From positions 18,166,001 to 18,230,000 of the forward strand of contig OZ059898.1 of NCBI GenBank assembly GCA_964057225.1: a stretch of DNA of 64,000 nt, in the 5' to 3' direction. Positions 25,301-38,958 of the stretch are shown here, in pieces. Under the pieces are notes generated by a model that saw only the letters and a list, made by a program, of their open reading frames with translations, searched no databases and was not told where the DNA came from. This stretch comes from Auanema rhodensis. Taxonomy: Eukaryota > Animalia > Nematoda. The stretch's first letter is position 1. The number at the start of each line of letters is the position of its first letter. The position numbers and the translations under genes are program-made.

Positions 25301-28300
25301 GAAAAACATTGTCCATCGTGTTTGCCTTGAAAAAAGAAATCTAAAAACATCTACTTTTTGCTAAATTATTTTGAAATTTTTCGAAAAAATTTTTGTCAAA
25401 ATGTTTTTGGAAGCAATGTTGAGTGTACATGGAAACTCAACATACACTAATGCATCATTTTTCAAACGATCATAACTGATTTTTGTATGAAGCGTTTTTC
25501 AATGTAGTATAGTGCATTCGATGCGGATTTTTAAGCTGCGTCGATCTGTGTTATCAGATTTGCGCTAGCTTAAAAATGCACCGAGATATCAACTGATATA
25601 AGTTCACACTTATATCCTCGATTTTCACCCTGAAGAATTAATTTTTTCGTTGAAAAACATTGTCCATCGTGTTTGCCTTGAAAAAAGAAATCTAAAAACA
25701 TCTACTTTTTGCTAAATTATTTTGAAATTTTTCGAAAAAATTTTTGTCAAAATGTTTTTGGAAGCAATGTTGAGTGTACATGGAAACTCAACATACACTA
25801 ATGCATCATTTTTCAAACGATCATAACTAATTTTTGTATTAAGCGTTTCTCAATGTAGTATAGTGCATTCGATGCGGATTTTTAAGCTGCGTCGATCTGT
25901 GTTATCAGATTTGCGCTAGCTTAAAAATGCACCGAGATATCAACTGATATAAGTTCACACTTATTTCCTCGATTTTCACCCTGAAGAATTAATTTTTTCG
26001 TTGAATAACATTGTCCATCGTCTTTGCCTTGAAAAAAGGAATCTAAAAACATCTTCTTTTTGCTAAATTATCTTGAAATTTTTTGAAAAAATTTTTGTCA
26101 AAATGTTTTTGGAAGCAATGTTGAGTGTACATGGAAACTCAACATACACTAATGCATCATTTTTCAAACGATCATAACTAATTTTTGTATAAAGCGTTTT
26201 TCAATGTAGTATAGTGCATTCGATGCGGATTTTTAAGCTGCGTCGATCTGTGTTATCAGATTTGCGCTAGCTTAAAAATGCACCGAGATATCAACTGATA
26301 TAAGTTCACACTTATTTCCTCGATTTTCACCCTGAAGAATTAATTTTTTCGTTGAATAACATTGTCCATCGTCTTTGCCTTGAAAAAAGGAATCTAAAAA
26401 CATCTACTTTTTGCTAAATTATTTTGAAATTTTTTGAAAAAATTTTTGTCAAAATGTTTTTGGAAGCAATGTTGAGTGTACATGGAAACTCAACATACAC
26501 TAATGCATCATTTTTCAAACGATCATAACTAATTTTTGTATAAAGCGTTTCTCAATGTAGTATAGTGCATTCGATGCGGATTTTTAAGCTGCGTCGATCT
26601 GTGTTATCAGATTTGCGCTAGCTTAAAAATGCACCGAGATATCAACTGATATAAGTTCACACTTATTTCCTCGATTTTCACCCTGAAGAATTAATTTTTT
26701 CGTTGAATAACATTGTCCATCGTCTTTGCCTTGAAAAAAGGAATCTAAAAACATCTTCTTTTTGCTAAATTATTTTGAAATTTTTTGAAAAAATTTTTGT
26801 CAAAATGTTTTTGGAAGCAATGTTGAGTGTACATGGAAACTCAACATACACTAATGCATCATTTTTCAAACGATCATAACTAATTTTTGTATAAAGCGTT
26901 TCTCAATGTAGTATAGTGCATTCGATGCGGATTTTTAAGCTGCGTCGATCTGTATTATCAGATTTGCGCTAGCTTAAAAATGCACCGAGATATCAACTGA
27001 TATAAGTTCACACTTATATCCTCGATTTTCACCCTGAAGAATTAATTTTTTTGTTGAATAACATTGTCCATCGTCTTTGCCTTGAAAAAAGGAATCTAAA
27101 AACATTTACATTTTGCTAAATTATTTTGAAATTTTTTGAAAAAATTTTTGTCAAAATGTTTTTGGAAGCAATGTTGAGTGTACATGGAAACTCAACATAC
27201 ACTAATGCATCATTTTTCAAACGATCATAACTAATTTTTGTATAAAGCGTTTCTCAATGTAGTATAGTGCATTCGATGCGGATTTTTAAGCTGCGTCGAT
27301 CTGTGTTATCAGATTTGCGCTAGCTTAAAAATGCACCGAGATATCAACTGATATAAGTTCACACTTATATCCTCGATTTTCACCCTGAAGAATTAATTTT
27401 TTCGTTGAAAAACATTGTCCATCGTGTTTGCCTTGAAAAAAGAAATCTAAAAACATCTACTTTTTGCTAAATTATTTTGAAATTTTTCGAAAAAATTTTT
27501 GTCAAAATGTTTTTGGAAGCAATGTTGAGTGTACATGGAAACTCAACATACACTAATGCATCATTTTTCAAACGATCATAACTGATTTTTGTATGAAGCG
27601 TTTTTCAATGTAGTATAGTGCATTCGATGCGGATTTTTAAGCTGCGTCGATCTGTGTTATCAGATTTGCGCTAGCTTAAAAATGCACCGAGATATCAACT
27701 GATATAAGTTCACACTTATATCCTCGATTTTCACCCTGAAGAATTAATTTTTTCGTTGAAAAACATTGTCCATCGTGTTTGCCTTGAAAAAAGAAATCTA
27801 AAAACATCTACTTTTTGCTAAATTATTTTGAAATTTTTCGAAAAAATTTTTGTCAAAATGTTTTTGGAAGCAATGTTGAGTGTACATGGAAACTCAACAT
27901 ACACTAATGCATCATTTTTCAAACGATCATAACTAATTTTTGTATTAAGCGTTTCTCAATGTAGTATAGTGCATTCGATGCGGATTTTTAAGCTGCGTCG
28001 ATCTGTGTTATCAGATTTGCGCTAGCTTAAAAATGCACCGAGATATCAACTGATATAAGTTCACACTTATTTCCTCGATTTTCACCCTGAAGAATTAATT
28101 TTTTCGTTGAATAACATTGTCCATCGTCTTTGCCTTGAAAAAAGGAATCTAAAAACATCTTCTTTTTGCTAAATTATCTTGAAATTTTTTGAAAAAATTT
28201 TTGTCAAAATGTTTTTGGAAGCAATGTTGAGTGTACATGGAAACTCAACATACACTAATGCATCATTTTTCAAACGATCATAACTAATTTTTGTATAAAG

Positions 28301-29832
28301 CGTTTTTCAATGTAGTATAGTGCATTCGATGCGGATTTTTAAGCTGCGTCGATCTGTGTTATCAGATTTGCGCTAGCTTAAAAATGCACCGAGATATCAA
28401 CTGATATAAGTTCACACTTATTTCCTCGATTTTCACCCTGAAGAATTAATTTTTTCGTTGAATAACATTGTCCATCGTCTTTGCCTTGAAAAAAGGAATC
28501 TAAAAACATCTACTTTTTGCTAAATTATTTTGAAATTTTTTGAAAAAATTTTTGTCAAAATGTTTTTGGAAGCAATGTTGAGTGTACATGGAAACTCAAC
28601 ATACACTAATGCATCATTTTTCAAACGATCATAACTAATTTTTGTATAAAGCGTTTCTCAATGTAGTATAGTGCATTCGATGCGGATTTTTAAGCTGCGT
28701 CGATCTGTGTTATCAGATTTGCGCTAGCTTAAAAATGCACCGAGATATCAACTGATATAAGTTCACACTTATTTCCTCGATTTTCACCCTGAAGAATTAA
28801 TTTTTTCGTTGAATAACATTGTCCATCGTCTTTGCCTTGAAAAAAGGAATCTAAAAACATCTTCTTTTTGCTAAATTATTTTGAAATTTTTTGAAAAAAT
28901 TTTTGTCAAAATGTTTTTGGAAGCAATGTTGAGTGTACATGGAAACTCAACATACACTAATGCATCATTTTTCAAACGATCATAACTAATTTTTGTATAA
29001 AGCGTTTCTCAATGTAGTATAGTGCATTCGATGCGGATTTTTAAGCTGCGTCGATCTGTATTATCAGATTTGCGCTAGCTTAAAAATGCACCGAGATATC
29101 AACTGATATAAGTTCACACTTATATCCTCGATTTTCACCCTGAAGAATTAATTTTTTTGTTGAATAACATTGTCCATCGTCTTTGCCTTGAAAAAAGGAA
29201 TCTAAAAACATTTACATTTTGCTAAATTATTTTGAAATTTTTTGAAAAAATTTTTGTCAAAATGTTTTTGGAAGCAATGTTGAGTGTACATGGAAACTCA
29301 ACATACACTAATGCATCATTTTTCAAACGATCATAACTAATTTTTGTATAAAGCGTTTCTCAATGTAGTATAGTGCATTCGATGCGGATTTTTAAGCTGC
29401 GTCGATCTGTGTTATCAGATTTGCGCTAGCTTAAAAATGCACCGAGATATCAACTGATATAAGTTCACACTTATATCCTCGATTTTCACCCTGAAGAATT
29501 AATTTTTTTGTTGAATAACATTGTCCATCGTCTTTGCCTTGAAAAAAGGAATCTAAAAACATTTACATTTTGCTAAATTATTTTGAAATTTTTTGAAAAA
29601 ATTTTTGTCAAAATGTTTTTGGAAGCAATGTTGAGTGTACATGGAAACTCAACATACACTAATGCATCATTTTTCAAACGATCATAACTAATTTTTGTAT
29701 AAAGCGTTTCTCAATGTAGTATAGTGCATTCGATGCGGATTTTTAAGCTGCGTCGATCTGTGTTATCAGATTTGCGCTAGCTTAAAAATGCACCGAGATA
29801 TCAACTGATATAAGTTCACACTTATATCCTCG
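13336..29832. repeat. HOR domain built on an A-B-C-D-E(-E)-A monomer series, unit length varying 3-8 monomers
   Basis: B monomers (CATCTTCT + ATTATCTTG + CGTTTTTC) start at 14389, 16846, 19654, 20707, 25972 and 28078. Each follows an A monomer (GAAAAAC/CGTGTT/AAGAAATC/TTCGAA). Each is followed by C and, except at 19654, by D (GTATTATC) and E (CATTTACATT). Confidence 0.85.
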
Positions 29833-32800
29833 ATTTTCACCCTGAAGAATTAATTTTTTCGTTGAAAAACATTTTCCATCGTGTTTGCTTTGAAAAAAGG
29901 AATCTAAAAACATCTACTTTTTGCTAAATTATTTTGAAATTTTTTGAAAAAATTTTTGTCAAAATGTTTTTGGAAGCAATGTTGAGTGTACATGGAAACT
30001 CAACATACACTAATGCATCATTTTTCAAACGATCATAACTAATTTTTGTATAAAGCGTTTCTCAATGTAGTATAGTGCATTCGATGCGGATTTTTAAGCT
30101 GCGTCGATCTGTGTTATCAGATTTGCGCTAGCTTAAAAATGCACCGAGATATCAACTGATATAAGTTCACACTTATATCCTCGATTTTCACCCTGAAGAA
30201 TTAATTTTTTTGTTGAATAACATTGTCCATCGTCTTTGCCTTGAAAAAAGGAATCTAAAAACATCTACTTTTTGCTAAATTATTTTGAAATTTTTCGAAA
30301 AAATTTTTGTCAAAATGTTTTTGGAAGCAATGTTGAGTGTACATGGAAACTCAACATACACTAATGCATCATTTTTCAAACGATCATAACTAATTTTTGT
30401 ATTAAGCGTTTCTCAATGTAGTATAGTGCATTCGATGCGGATTTTTAAGCTGCGTCGATCTGTATTATCAGATTTGCGCTAGCTTAAAAATGCACCGAGA
30501 TATCAACTGATATAAGTTCACACTTATATCCTCGATTTTCACCCTGAAGAATTAATTTTTTTGTTGAATAACATTGTCCATCGTCTTTGCCTTGAAAAAA
30601 GGAATCTAAAAACATCTACTTTTTGCTAAATTATTTTGAAATTTTTTGAAAAAATTTTTGTCAAAATGTTTTTGGAAGCAATGTTGAGTGTACATGGAAA
30701 CTCAACATACACTAATGCATCATTTTTCAAACGATCATAACTAATTTTTGTATAAAGCGTTTTTCAATGTAGTCAAGTGCATTCGATGCGGATTTTTAAG
30801 CTGCGTCGATCTGTGTTATCAGATTTGCGCTAGCTTAAAAATGCACCGAGATATCAACTGATATAAGTTCACACTTATATCCTCGATTTTCACCCTGAAG
30901 AATTAATTTTTTCGTTGAAAAACATTGTCCATCGTGTTTGCCTTGAAAAAAGAAATCTAAAAACATCTACTTTTTGCTAAATTATTTTGAAATTTTTCGA
31001 AAAAATTTTTGTCAAAATGTTTTTGGAAGCAATGTTGAGTGTACATGGAAACTCAACATACACTAATGCATCATTTTTCAAACGATCATAACTAATTTTT
31101 GTATTAAGCGTTTCTCAATGTAGTATAGTGCATTCGATGCAGATTTTTAAGCTGCGTCGATCTGTGTTATCAGATTTGCGCTAGCTTAAAAATGCACCGA
31201 GATATCAACTGATATAAGTTCACACTTATTTCCTCGATTTTCACCCTGAAGAATTAATTTTTTCGTTGAAAAACATTGTCCATCGTGTTTGCCTTGAAAA
31301 AAGAAATCTAAAAACATCTACTTTTTGCTAAATTATTTTGAAATTTTTCGAAAAAATTTTTGTCAAAATGTTTTTGGAAGCAATGTTGAGTGTACATGGA
31401 AACTCAACATACACTAATGCATCATTTTTCAAACGATCATAACTAATTTTTGTATTAAGCGTTTCTCAATGTAGTATAGTGCATTCGATGCGGATTTTTA
31501 AGCTGCGTCGATCTGTGTTATCAGATTTGCGCTAGCTTAAAAATGCACCGAGATATCAACTGATATAAGTTCACACTTATATCCTCGATTTTCACCCTGA
31601 AGAATTAATTTTTTCGTTGAAAAACATTTTCCATCGTGTTTGCTTTGAAAAAAGGAATCTAAAAACATCTACTTTTTGCTAAATTATTTTGAAATTTTTT
31701 GAAAAAATTTTTGTCAAAATGTTTTTGGAAGCAATGTTGAGTGTACATGGAAACTCAACATACACTAATGCATCATTTTTCAAACGATCATAACTAATTT
31801 TTGTATAAAGCGTTTCTCAATGTAGTATAGTGCATTCGATGCGGATTTTTAAGCTGCGTCGATCTGTGTTATCAGATTTGCGCTAGCTTAAAAATGCACC
31901 GAGATATCAATTGATATAAGTTCACACTTATATCCTCGATTTTCACCCTGAAGAATTAATTTTTTTGTTGAATAACATTGTCCATCGTCTTTGCCTTGAA
32001 AAAAGGAATCTAAAAACATCTACTTTTTGCTAAATTATTTTGAAATTTTTCGAAAAAATTTTTGTCAAAATGTTTTTGGAAGCAATGTTGAGTGTACATG
32101 GAAACTCAACATACACTAATGCATCATTTTTCAAACGATCATAACTAATTTTTGTATTAAGCGTTTCTCAATGTAGTATAGTGCATTCGATGCGGATTTT
32201 TAAGCTGCGTCGATCTGTATTATCAGATTTGCGCTAGCTTAAAAATGCACCGAGATATCAACTGATATAAGTTCACACTTATATCCTCGATTTTCACCCT
32301 GAAGAATTAATTTTTTTGTTGAATAACATTGTCCATCGTCTTTGCCTTGAAAAAAGGAATCTAAAAACATCTACTTTTTGCTAAATTATTTTGAAATTTT
32401 TTGAAAAAATTTTTGTCAAAATGTTTTTGGAAGCAATGTTGAGTGTACATGGAAACTCAACATACACTAATGCATCATTTTTCAAACGATCATAACTAAT
32501 TTTTGTATAAAGCGTTTTTCAATGTAGTCAAGTGCATTCGATGCGGATTTTTAAGCTGCGTCGATCTGTGTTATCAGATTTGCGCTAGCTTAAAAATGCA
32601 CCGAGATATCAACTGATATAAGTTCACACTTATATCCTCGATTTTCACCCTGAAGAATTAATTTTTTCGTTGAAAAACATTGTCCATCGTGTTTGCCTTG
32701 AAAAAAGAAATCTAAAAACATCTACTTTTTGCTAAATTATTTTGAAATTTTTCGAAAAAATTTTTGTCAAAATGTTTTTGGAAGCAATGTTGAGTGTACA

Positions 32801-35800
32801 TGGAAACTCAACATACACTAATGCATCATTTTTCAAACGATCATAACTAATTTTTGTATTAAGCGTTTCTCAATGTAGTATAGTGCATTCGATGCGGATT
32901 TTTAAGCTGCGTCGATCTGTGTTATCAGATTTGCGCTAGCTTAAAAATGCACCGAGATATCAACTGATATAAGTTCACACTTATTTCCTCGATTTTCACC
33001 CTGAAGAATTAATTTTTTCGTTGAAAAACATTGTCCATCGTGTTTGCCTTGAAAAAAGAAATCTAAAAACATCTACTTTTTGCTAAATTATTTTGAAATT
33101 TTTCGAAAAAATTTTTGTCAAAATGTTTTTGGAAGCAATGTTGAGTGTACATGGAAACTCAACATACACTAATGCATCATTTTTCAAACGATCATAACTA
33201 ATTTTTGTATTAAGCGTTTCTCAATGTAGTATAGTGCATTCGATGCGGATTTTTAAGCTGCGTCGATCTGTGTTATCAGATTTGCGCTAGCTTAAAAATG
33301 CACCGAGATATCAACTGATATAAGTTCACACTTATATCCTCGATTTTCACCCTGAAGAATTAATTTTTTCGTTGAAAAACATTTTCCATCGTGTTTGCTT
33401 TGAAAAAAGGAATCTAAAAACATCTACTTTTTGCTAAATTATTTTGAAATTTTTCGAAAAAATTTTTGTCAAAATGTTTTTGGAAGCAATGTTGAGTGTA
33501 CATGGAAACTCAACATACACTAATGCATCATTTTTCAAACGATCATAACTAATTTTTGTATAAAGCGTTTCTCAATGTAGTATAGTGCATTCGATGCGGA
33601 TTTTTAAGCTGCGTCGATCTGTGTTATCAGATTTGCGCTAGCTTAAAAATGCACCGAGATATCAACTGATATAAGTTCACACTTATATCCTCGATTTTCA
33701 CCCTGAAGAATTAATTTTTTCGTTGAAAAACATTTTCCATCGTGTTTGCTTTGAAAAAAGGAATCTAAAAACATCTACTTTTTGCTAAATTATTTTGAAA
33801 TTTTTTGAAAAAATTTTTGTCAAAATGTTTTTGGAAGCAATGTTGAGTGTACATGGAAACTCAACATACACTAATGCATCATTTTTCAAACGATCATAAC
33901 TAATTTTTGTATAAAGCGTTTCTCAATGTAGTATAGTGCATTCGATGCGGATTTTTAAGCTGCGTCGATCTGTGTTATCAGATTTGCGCTAGCTTAAAAA
34001 TGCACCGAGATATCAACTGATATAAGTTCACACTTATATCCTCGATTTTCACCCTGAAGAATTAATTTTTTTGTTGAATAACATTGTCCATCGTCTTTGC
34101 CTTGAAAAAAGGAATCTAAAAACATCTACTTTTTGCTAAATTATTTTGAAATTTTTCGAAAAAATTTTTGTCAAAATGTTTTTGGAAGCAATGTTGAGTG
34201 TACATGGAAACTCAACATACACTAATGCATCATTTTTCAAACGATCATAACTAATTTTTGTATTAAGCGTTTCTCAATGTAGTATAGTGCATTCGATGCG
34301 GATTTTTAAGCTGCGTCGATCTGTATTATCAGATTTGCGCTAGCTTAAAAATGCACCGAGATATCAACTGATATAAGTTCACACTTATATCCTCGATTTT
34401 CACCCTGAAGAATTAATTTTTTTGTTGAATAACATTGTCCATCGTCTTTGCCTTGAAAAAAGGAATCTAAAAACATCTACTTTTTGCTAAATTATTTTGA
34501 AATTTTTTGAAAAAATTTTTGTCAAAATGTTTTTGGAAGCAATGTTGAGTGTACATGGAAACTCAACATACACTAATGCATCATTTTTCAAACGATCATA
34601 ACTAATTTTTGTATAAAGCGTTTTTCAATGTAGTCAAGTGCATTCGATGCGGATTTTTAAGCTGCGTCGATCTGTGTTATCAGATTTGCGCTAGCTTAAA
34701 AATGCACCGAGATATCAACTGATATAAGTTCACACTTATATCCTCGATTTTCACCCTGAAGAATTAATTTTTTCGTTGAAAAACATTGTCCATCGTGTTT
34801 GCCTTGAAAAAAGAAATCTAAAAACATCTACTTTTTGCTAAATTATTTTGAAATTTTTCGAAAAAATTTTTGTCAAAATGTTTTTGGAAGCAATGTTGAG
34901 TGTACATGGAAACTCAACATACACTAATGCATCATTTTTCAAACGATCATAACTAATTTTTGTATTAAGCGTTTCTCAATGTAGTATAGTGCATTCGATG
35001 CGGATTTTTAAGCTGCGTCGATCTGTGTTATCAGATTTGCGCTAGCTTAAAAATGCACCGAGATATCAACTGATATAAGTTCACACTTATTTCCTCGATT
35101 TTCACCCTGAAGAATTAATTTTTTCGTTGAAAAACATTGTCCATCGTGTTTGCCTTGAAAAAAGAAATCTAAAAACATCTACTTTTTGCTAAATTATTTT
35201 GAAATTTTTCGAAAAAATTTTTGTCAAAATGTTTTTGGAAGCAATGTTGAGTGTACATGGAAACTCAACATACACTAATGCATCATTTTTCAAACGATCA
35301 TAACTAATTTTTGTATTAAGCGTTTCTCAATGTAGTATAGTGCATTCGATGCGGATTTTTAAGCTGCGTCGATCTGTGTTATCAGATTTGCGCTAGCTTA
35401 AAAATGCACCGAGATATCAACTGATATAAGTTCACACTTATTTCCTCGATTTTCACCCTGAAGAATTAATTTTTTCGTTGAATAACATTGTCCATCGTCT
35501 TTGCCTTGAAAAAAGGAATCTAAAAACATCTTCTTTTTGCTAAATTATCTTGAAATTTTTTGAAAAAATTTTTGTCAAAATGTTTTTGGAAGCAATGTTG
35601 AGTGTACATGGAAACTCAACATACACTAATGCATCATTTTTCAAACGATCATAATTAATTTTTGTATAAAGCGTTTTTCAATGTAGTATAGTGCATTCGA
35701 TGCGGATTTTTAAGCTGCGTCGATCTGTGTTATCAGATTTGCGCTAGCTTAAAAATGCACCGAGATATCAACTGATATAAGTTCACACTTATTTCCTCGA

Positions 35801-38800
35801 TTTTCACCCTGAAGAATTAATTTTTTCGTTGAATAACATTGTCCATCGTCTTTGCCTTGAAAAAAGGAATCTAAAAACATCTACTTTTTGCTAAATTATT
35901 TTGAAATTTTTTGAAAAAATTTTTGTCAAAATGTTTTTGGAAGCAATGTTGAGTGTACATGGAAACTCAACATACACTAATGCATCATTTTTCAAACGAT
36001 CATAACTAATTTTTGTATAAAGCGTTTCTCAATGTAGTATAGTGCATTCGATGCGGATTTTTAAGCTGCGTCGATCTGTGTTATCAGATTTGCGCTAGCT
36101 TAAAAATGCACCGAGATATCAACTGATATAAGTTCACACTTATTTCCTCGATTTTCACCCTGAAGAATTAATTTTTTCGTTGAATAACATTGTCCATCGT
36201 CTTTGCCTTGAAAAAAGGAATCTAAAAACATCTACTTTTTGCTAAATTATTTTGAAATTTTTCGAAAAAATTTTTGTCAAAATGTTTTTGGAAGCAATGT
36301 TGAGTGTACATGGAAACTCAACATACACTAATGCATCATTTTTCAAACGATCATAACTAATTTTTGTATTAAGCGTTTCTCAATGTAGTATAGTGCATTC
36401 GATGCGGATTTTTAAGCTGCGTCGATCTGTGTTATCAGATTTGCGCTAGCTTAAAAATGCACCGAGATATCAACTGATATAAGTTCACACTTATATCCTC
36501 GATTTTCACCCTGAAGAATTAATTTTTTCGTTGAAAAACATTTTCCATCGTGTTTGCTTTGAAAAAAGGAATCTAAAAACATCTACTTTTTGCTAAATTA
36601 TTTTGAAATTTTTCGAAAAAATTTTTGTCAAAATGTTTTTGGAAGCAATGTTGAGTGTACATGGAAACTCAACATACACTAATGCATCATTTTTCAAACG
36701 ATCATAACTAATTTTTGTATAAAGCGTTTCTCAATGTAGTATAGTGCATTCGATGCGGATTTTTAAGCTGCGTCGATCTGTGTTATCAGATTTGCGCTAG
36801 CTTAAAAATGCACCGAGATATCAACTGATATAAGTTCACACTTATATCCTCGATTTTCACCCTGAAGAATTAATTTTTTCGTTGAAAAACATTTTCCATC
36901 GTGTTTGCTTTGAAAAAAGGAATCTAAAAACATCTACTTTTTGCTAAATTATTTTGAAATTTTTTGAAAAAATTTTTGTCAAAATGTTTTTGGAAGCAAT
37001 GTTGAGTGTACATGGAAACTCAACATACACTAATGCATCATTTTTCAAACGATCATAACTAATTTTTGTATAAAGCGTTTCTCAATGTAGTATAGTGCAT
37101 TCGATGCGGATTTTTAAGCTGCGTCGATCTGTGTTATCAGATTTGCGCTAGCTTAAAAATGCACCGAGATATCAACTGATATAAGTTCACACTTATATCC
37201 TCGATTTTCACCCTGAAGAATTAATTTTTTTGTTGAATAACATTGTCCATCGTCTTTGCCTTGAAAAAAGGAATCTAAAAACATCTACTTTTTGCTAAAT
37301 TATTTTGAAATTTTTCGAAAAAATTTTTGTCAAAATGTTTTTGGAAGCAATGTTGAGTGTACATGGAAACTCAACATACACTAATGCATCATTTTTCAAA
37401 CGATCATAACTAATTTTTGTATTAAGCGTTTCTCAATGTAGTATAGTGCATTCGATGCGGATTTTTAAGCTGCGTCGATCTGTATTATCAGATTTGCGCT
37501 AGCTTAAAAATGCACCGAGATATCAACTGATATAAGTTCACACTTATATCCTCGATTTTCACCCTGAAGAATTAATTTTTTTGTTGAATAACATTGTCCA
37601 TCGTCTTTGCCTTGAAAAAAGGAATCTAAAAACATCTACTTTTTGCTAAATTATTTTGAAATTTTTTGAAAAAATTTTTGTCAAAATGTTTTTGGAAGCA
37701 ATGTTGAGTGTACATGGAAACTCAACATACACTAATGCATCATTTTTCAAACGATCATAACTAATTTTTGTATAAAGCGTTTTTCAATGTAGTCAAGTGC
37801 ATTCGATGCGGATTTTTAAGCTGCGTCGATCTGTGTTATCAGATTTGCGCTAGCTTAAAAATGCACCGAGATATCAACTGATATAAGTTCACACTTATAT
37901 CCTCGATTTTCACCCTGAAGAATTAATTTTTTCGTTGAAAAACATTGTCCATCGTGTTTGCCTTGAAAAAAGAAATCTAAAAACATCTACTTTTTGCTAA
38001 ATTATTTTGAAATTTTTCGAAAAAATTTTTGTCAAAATGTTTTTGGAAGCAATGTTGAGTGTACATGGAAACTCAACATACACTAATGCATCATTTTTCA
38101 AACGATCATAACTAATTTTTGTATTAAGCGTTTCTCAATGTAGTATAGTGCATTCGATGCGGATTTTTAAGCTGCGTCGATCTGTGTTATCAGATTTGCG
38201 CTAGCTTAAAAATGCACCGAGATATCAACTGATATAAGTTCACACTTATTTCCTCGATTTTCACCCTGAAGAATTAATTTTTTCGTTGAAAAACATTGTC
38301 CATCGTGTTTGCCTTGAAAAAAGAAATCTAAAAACATCTACTTTTTGCTAAATTATTTTGAAATTTTTCGAAAAAATTTTTGTCAAAATGTTTTTGGAAG
38401 CAATGTTGAGTGTACATGGAAACTCAACATACACTAATGCATCATTTTTCAAACGATCATAACTAATTTTTGTATTAAGCGTTTCTCAATGTAGTATAGT
38501 GCATTCGATGCGGATTTTTAAGCTGCGTCGATCTGTGTTATCAGATTTGCGCTAGCTTAAAAATGCACCGAGATATCAACTGATATAAGTTCACACTTAT
38601 TTCCTCGATTTTCACCCTGAAGAATTAATTTTTTCGTTGAATAACATTGTCCATCGTCTTTGCCTTGAAAAAAGGAATCTAAAAACATCTTCTTTTTGCT
38701 AAATTATCTTGAAATTTTTTGAAAAAATTTTTGTCAAAATGTTTTTGGAAGCAATGTTGAGTGTACATGGAAACTCAACATACACTAATGCATCATTTTT

Positions 38801-38958
38801 CAAACGATCATAATTAATTTTTGTATAAAGCGTTTCTCAATGTAGTATAGTGCATTCGATGCGGATTTTTAAGCTGCGTCGATCTGTATTATCAGATTTG
38901 CGCTAGCTTAAAAATGCACCGAGATATCAACTGATATAAGTTCACACTTATATCCTCG
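29833..38958. repeat. HOR domain built on a 5-mer F'-G-H-A-A (1755 bp), later embedded in a 9-monomer-offset duplication
   Basis: F' (ATTTTCC..GCTTTG) starts at 29833, 31588, 33343, 33694, 36502 and 36853. H (TTTTTCAATGTAGTCAAG) starts at 30535, 32290, 34396 and 37555. Private ATAATTAA at ~35655 and ~38814 (3159 bp = 9 monomers). Confidence 0.85.
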
